Assembly (NCBI GenBank): GCA_017452565.1
Contig: JAFTMF010000171.1
Span: 1-47,056 of the forward strand
Origin: Clostridia bacterium
GTDB taxonomy: Bacteria > Bacillota > Clostridia > Oscillospirales > CAG-272
Length of the DNA: 47,056 nucleotides
Reading direction: 5' to 3'
Numbering within the stretch: position 1 is the stretch's first letter; each line of letters opens with the position of its first letter. Of this stretch, positions 43,642 to 47,056 are shown in pieces. The notes under the pieces were generated by a model. The model was not told the DNA's origin. It searched no databases and was given only the letters and a program-made list of their open reading frames with translations. Made by a program: the position numbers and the translations under genes.

Positions 43642-44730
43642 TTAATATTTAGTAGGCTTGGAAGAGAGATACTTCTTAACCATCAGCGCTACCTTAAAGG
43701 TGATAGCGTGCTCGAATTCTCTCAGATCCAGACCGGTGAGCTTACGGATCTTTTCCAGACGGTAAACCAGAGTGTTACGGTGAACGAACAGCTTTCTGGA
43801 GGTTTCGGATACGTTCAGGTTGTTCTCGAAGAATGCCTGAATGGTAGTGAGGGTTTCACGGTCCAGAGACTCCAGCGGTCCCTTCTTGAAGACTTCCTGC
43901 AGGAACATCTCGCAAAGAGAGGTAGGCAGCTGATAAATCAGACGGCCGATGCCCAGGTTATCGTAGCTGATGATATCCTTTTCGGTATCGAATACCTTAC
44001 CAACCTCCAGTGCAACCTGTGCTTCCTTGTAGGAACGGGACAGATCCTTGATATTGTCCACTACGGTACCGATACCGATGGAAACCTTGGAGTAGAACTC
44101 GGTGGAAATGGTATCGGAAATGGAGCGAGCCATCTTCTCAATGTCACGCATATCGTAATTGGGCTTGATTTCCTTTACCAGAACGCTGTCTCTCTCGCCA
44201 ACGCTGATGACGTAGTCCTTGTTCTTGCCGGGGAACATATTCTGCAGAACGTCGTAGGGGATTACGTCGTTCTTACCGGTGAATTTGATGAGGAATACTA
44301 CGCGGGAAACGTCACCTGCGAAGTGAAGCTCCTTGGACTTTATGTAAATATCGCTGGGAAGGATGTTGTCCAGAATGATGTTTTTAATAAAAGAAGATTT
44401 GTCGTGTTTTTCGTCGTAAAGGATCTTGATGTTGCCCAAAGAAATTGCCAGCAGCATAGACAGACGCTCAGCAGTCTTGTCCTCGCCTTCAACGAATACA
44501 ACGTATTCGCTCTTAGCGGCGCCTGCGCCCAGTGTACGGTAGGTATAACCGCCCAGCGTGGTCACCTCGGAGGTATAGGACAGCTCGTCCCGAACGCCCT
44601 GACGGATTTCACCGATCTTCACCAGCTCGCTGCAGGAAATAACTACCCCTGCCTCGTCCATAACGCCAATGACGCGGTCAACTGCATCCTTCATCTGATA
44701 AATAATACCCTGGAATAAGCGATTCGACAT
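43642..44730 (-). CDS. PucR/CdaR-family transcriptional regulator
   Basis: 362 aa, with the C-terminal HTH SETSRKLFVHRNTLVYRLEKIRKLTGLDL typical of PucR_C. Confidence 0.8.
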   Translation of the reverse strand: MSNRLFQGIIYQMKDAVDRVIGVMDEAGVVISCSELVKIGEIRQGVRDELSYTSEVTTLGGYTYRTLGAGAAKSEYVVFVEGEDKTAERLSMLLAISLGNIKILYDEKHDKSSFIKNIILDNILPSDIYIKSKELHFAGDVSRVVFLIKFTGKNDVIPYDVLQNMFPGKNKDYVISVGERDSVLVKEIKPNYDMRDIEKMARSISDTISTEFYSKVSIGIGTVVDNIKDLSRSYKEAQVALEVGKVFDTEKDIISYDNLGIGRLIYQLPTSLCEMFLQEVFKKGPLESLDRETLTTIQAFFENNLNVSETSRKLFVHRNTLVYRLEKIRKLTGLDLREFEHAITFKVALMVKKYLSSKPTKY

Positions 44731-44826
44731 AAAGAATGTCTCCTTTCAAATGACGGCAAGCAGATCGAACTGTTGTTTGATGAATCTGACAAGCCCGTAA
44801 ATTTCTTCTTGTTCAATACAACTATT

Positions 44827-44855
44827 ATTCTACACTATTTTTTGTAGAATTTCAA
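44827..44855 (-). promoter_or_regulatory. Sigma-A promoter of the pucR-like/ftsEX operon with an embedded inverted repeat
   Basis: The minus strand reads TTGAAA (44855-44850), a 17-nt spacer ending in GTG, then TAGAAT (44832-44827). The 8-bp inverted repeat ATTCTACA/TGTAGAAT spans the -10 and the spacer. Confidence 0.6.
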
Positions 44856-44947
44856 TAGGCAAATTAACATTTTTAATAAATTTTCTAAAAAAAATTTTCG
44901 GAATTTGAATGAAATGATGCCCAAAGTGGTCAAGTTATACAAACCGC

Positions 44948-45688
44948 TCACTCATAGAAGAAGGAAATTGCCGCCAGCACGTAGCCCGATGCCGTTTCGG
45001 TACGCAGAATGCGGGGCCCCAGTCCGCAGAGCTTGATCCCTGCCTCCACTGCCGCATCGGCTTCCCGGGGATCAAAGCCGCCCTCGGGGCCTACGAACAA
45101 GGAGAGGGTTGCAGGCGCAGACTCGGGGAGAAGCGCCGACAGAGACTGCGTTTTGCCCAGCTCTTCGTAGCAGAAGAGGGAAAGATCATCCGACTTTGCA
45201 GCAGCCACGGCTTCCTTGAAGGAGATCGGAGGGGCAACCTCGGGAAGAATGCCTCGTCCGCACTGCCCTGCCGCCTCGTTTGCAATTTTCTGCCATCGTG
45301 CGATCTTTTTATCGGCGTTGTCGCCCATTTTCATAATGCACCGTGCCGTGGTAACGGGAACAATGCGGGAAACGCCCAGCTCCACCGCTTTTTGGATAAT
45401 GGTATCCATTTTGTCGCCCTTGGCAAGCCCTTGATAGAGGGTGATTTTCACCGGCATCTCACGGGTGCTCTTGCGGGGTGCGGAAATCTCCACCTCCACC
45501 GCCGTGGGGGCGAGGGAGACGAGGGTACCGTCGTACTCTACCCCTGCGCCATCGCAGAGGGTGACTCCGTCGCCCACCCGCATCCGGAGGGAAAGGGAGA
45601 TATGACGGACATCGTCGCCGATAATGGTAACAAGATCCCCCGCAGATACGCCTTCAAAGGCGGCGGGAGGAAGAAAGAATCTGGGCAT
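44948..45688 (-). CDS. rsmE: 16S rRNA (uracil1498-N3)-methyltransferase RsmE
   Basis: MPRFFLPP...DDVRHISLSLRMRVGD...GPEGGF... is the RsmE signature. The start was chosen at the ATG at 45688; the longer track ORF adds 80 non-homologous residues. Confidence 0.9.
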   Translation of the reverse strand: MPRFFLPPAAFEGVSAGDLVTIIGDDVRHISLSLRMRVGDGVTLCDGAGVEYDGTLVSLAPTAVEVEISAPRKSTREMPVKITLYQGLAKGDKMDTIIQKAVELGVSRIVPVTTARCIMKMGDNADKKIARWQKIANEAAGQCGRGILPEVAPPISFKEAVAAAKSDDLSLFCYEELGKTQSLSALLPESAPATLSLFVGPEGGFDPREADAAVEAGIKLCGLGPRILRTETASGYVLAAISFFYE

Positions 45689-45718
45689 AGGTTTGACCTC
45701 GATTTTGTAGTTTGCTCC

Positions 45719-45747
45719 ATTATAATACAGAGGCGCGAGGTTGTCAA
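45719..45747 (-). promoter_or_regulatory. Sigma-A promoter of rsmE
   Basis: The minus strand reads TTGACA (45747-45742), a 17-nt spacer, then TATAAT (45724-45719). Confidence 0.65.
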
Positions 45748-45820
45748 GTTGGAAATTGTGAACGATTGAGGAAAATACAAAAGAGAGCGCCGTAGCGGCA
45801 GGAGATTGGATTCCTGCAAA

Positions 45821-45857
45821 CAAAAAGTCAATCTCCCCAGTTTGGGTGAGATTGACT
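45821..45857 (-). terminator. Rho-independent terminator after the 45864-46115 gene
   Basis: A 10-bp stem AGTCAATCTC (45826-45835) / GAGATTGACT (45848-45857) is followed on the minus strand by UUUUUG. Confidence 0.75.
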
Positions 45858-45863
45858 GTTCGT

Positions 45864-46115
45864 TTATTCCTCTTCTTCGTCGTAGAGCTCGTCCTGATAG
45901 TCCTCGTAGCAGTTGAACACGACCTCACAGTCGCAATAGCCGCCCATTTCTTCCATTTCCGCGAGAATTGCTTCGTGCTGATCCTCAGGGAGATTGATTG
46001 CTAACCACTCCTTGGTGTATCTGAGGGTATTGTCGCATCCATCCTCTTCCAATTTCTCGTCTAAGTAATCGAAAAGCGAAGCTACCTGCTCCAAGCTCAA
46101 CAAATAGTTTTCCAT
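45864..46115 (-). CDS. Small acidic hypothetical protein (DUF2695-like, GGYCDCE motif)
   Basis: MENYLLSLEQVASLFDYLDEKLEEDGCDNTLRYTKEWL...EEMGGYCDCEVVFNCYEDY. The start was chosen at the ATG at 46115, 7 nt after the AGGAGG SD. The family name is from memory. Confidence 0.6.
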   Translation of the reverse strand: MENYLLSLEQVASLFDYLDEKLEEDGCDNTLRYTKEWLAINLPEDQHEAILAEMEEMGGYCDCEVVFNCYEDYQDELYDEEEE

Positions 46116-46218
46116 AATGAGTTCCTCCTGAATGGTATTGCCATTAGTATAACACAAGCGAGCAACAAAAGCAAGGCCTTGTATAGGATTGTATCCATTT
46201 TTTGCAGAAATATCGAAG

Positions 46219-46242
46219 CAAAAAAGACCGCCGTAGCGGTCT
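46219..46242 (-). terminator. Rho-independent terminator after the 46248-47054 gene
   Basis: The stem AGACCGC / GCGGTCT (46225-46242) has a 4-nt loop and is followed by UUUUUU on the minus strand. Confidence 0.7.
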
Positions 46243-46247
46243 CTCTG

Positions 46248-47054
46248 TTATTGAATGTTTGTTAAAGCTTTTGCTTTTTCAAGAATTGAACGAAAGCGTT
46301 CCTCGTCCCGCACCGAATCAAACCACTCCCAACCGGTGGGAAGGGTCATCGTCTGCGCAAGCGGGTGGAGCCAATAGCGGATGCCCTTAAAATTAAAGCA
46401 ATATTTTTCGTTTGGCATAACGATATGATAATCTTCCTTCATAATCATCGTTTTTCCAAAAATCAGCGGATTTCCCAATTCGAGCGGCGTTTTATCGGGG
46501 ATTTGCGACCATCGTTCGTTAAGCGCATACACTTTTTCCAAATAAGCGTACCCTTTTTCGCACTCACCCAATCCAAAGTACCCTGCCGCCAACCGAATGT
46601 ATACATAGGCATATTCTCCGATCCATCCATCGGGAATTTCATCCTCATTTGCACGGTTTACCGCACAGTTCAACATACGCAAGTTCATTTCGTTCCACTC
46701 CACGCACAGTTCGGGATTCCCCCTGTAATCCGGATGCTTATTAAGCCGATCGAGAGCGTGCGCCACACGAAGGAAATTGCCGGCATATCGATACATCCAA
46801 TACTGTTCGTCATCTCCCATCAGTTTATAACGCTCCTCCCAAATGTCCAGTCGCTCTTCATGATAGAATCTTGTGTCACGCTTCATCCAATCGTCTACTT
46901 CGTTCTCGTCGCAGATCATACACATAGATTTTACTGCATTTCGACGAGAAACACTATCGGTACATTCCTTGAGAATACGTTCAACAATATCGTTCAACAG
47001 AGGTTTGTATTCCTCCAGTTTATCTCGATGGTGGCGGGTGATCTCGTGCATCAA
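46248..47054 (-). CDS. Hypothetical protein (possibly N-terminally truncated by the window edge)
   Basis: The ORF is at least 268 aa, Trp/Tyr/Glu-rich and lower in GC. The frame is still open at the window end, so the true start is unknown. I recognise no family. Confidence 0.6.
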   Translation of the reverse strand: MMHEITRHHRDKLEEYKPLLNDIVERILKECTDSVSRRNAVKSMCMICDENEVDDWMKRDTRFYHEERLDIWEERYKLMGDDEQYWMYRYAGNFLRVAHALDRLNKHPDYRGNPELCVEWNEMNLRMLNCAVNRANEDEIPDGWIGEYAYVYIRLAAGYFGLGECEKGYAYLEKVYALNERWSQIPDKTPLELGNPLIFGKTMIMKEDYHIVMPNEKYCFNFKGIRYWLHPLAQTMTLPTGWEWFDSVRDEERFRSILEKAKALTNIQ

Positions 47055-47056
47055 CG

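Noticed and set aside
1-47056. A search for rRNA or tRNA genes, transposases, integrases, phage genes and defence systems (restriction-modification, CBASS, Abi, toxin-antitoxin).
   Set aside because: I recognised none. All intergenic gaps are under 300 nt and are explained by promoters, leaders and terminators. No ORF shows recombinase, nuclease or NTPase defence signatures. The accessory content is metabolic and regulatory (the GRE operon, HTH-ARH and MerR-kinase).

Overview
This is a Clostridia-type (Firmicutes) chromosomal segment of mid GC content, transcribed almost entirely on the minus strand. The core, from 24069 down to 8234, is a complete S10-spc-alpha ribosomal supercluster: rpsJ-rplCDWB-rpsS-rplV-rpsC-rplP-rpmC-rpsQ-rplNXE-rpsN(Z)-rpsH-rplFR-rpsE-rpmD-rplO-secY-adk-map-infA-rpmJ-rpsMKD-rpoA-rplQ. 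It has its own sigma-A promoter, a roughly 255-nt leader and a terminator.

Left flank (1-8146):
- A partial FGGY sugar kinase and a MerR regulator, preceded by a textbook MerR-type promoter.
- An XRE-HTH::ADP-ribosylglycohydrolase fusion.
- An accessory glycyl-radical-enzyme (GRE) operon: GRE, aldo/keto reductase, radical-SAM activase, GNAT. The GRE is split by a frameshift and has an atypical Cys loop.

Right flank (24235-47056):
- Divergent abrB.
- The TIGR03960/TIGR03936 radical-SAM pair.
- A degenerate P-type-ATPase-like membrane protein.
- rlmB, a Cys-rich zinc-ribbon protein, a low-GC sigma factor, DUF4364 and an orphan lipoprotein SBP.
- murI, lysS, and greA plus a GreA N-domain-only paralog.
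- A division/wall cluster: pucR-like regulator, ftsE, ftsX, M23 peptidase, S41 protease.
- rsmE and two hypothetical genes.

I found no rRNA, tRNA, CRISPR array or mobile element.

Most notable observations:
- An in-frame TGA replaces the fourth zinc-ligand Cys codon of ribosomal protein S14 (type Z).
- A 136-nt multi-hairpin spacer sits directly downstream of it, before rpsH.
- The GRE operon looks uncharacterised (GCNWP loop in place of GCVEP).
- A P-type ATPase homolog has lost its catalytic motifs.
- There is a stand-alone GreA N-terminal domain protein.
- Several housekeeping proteins carry unusual extensions: S3 (GDRR repeats), FtsE (about 200 aa, acidic) and L24 (Cys4).

Three coding anomalies occur in one window: the GRE frameshift, the MerR/kinase overlap and the S14 TGA. 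Assembly errors must therefore be excluded before any biological interpretation.
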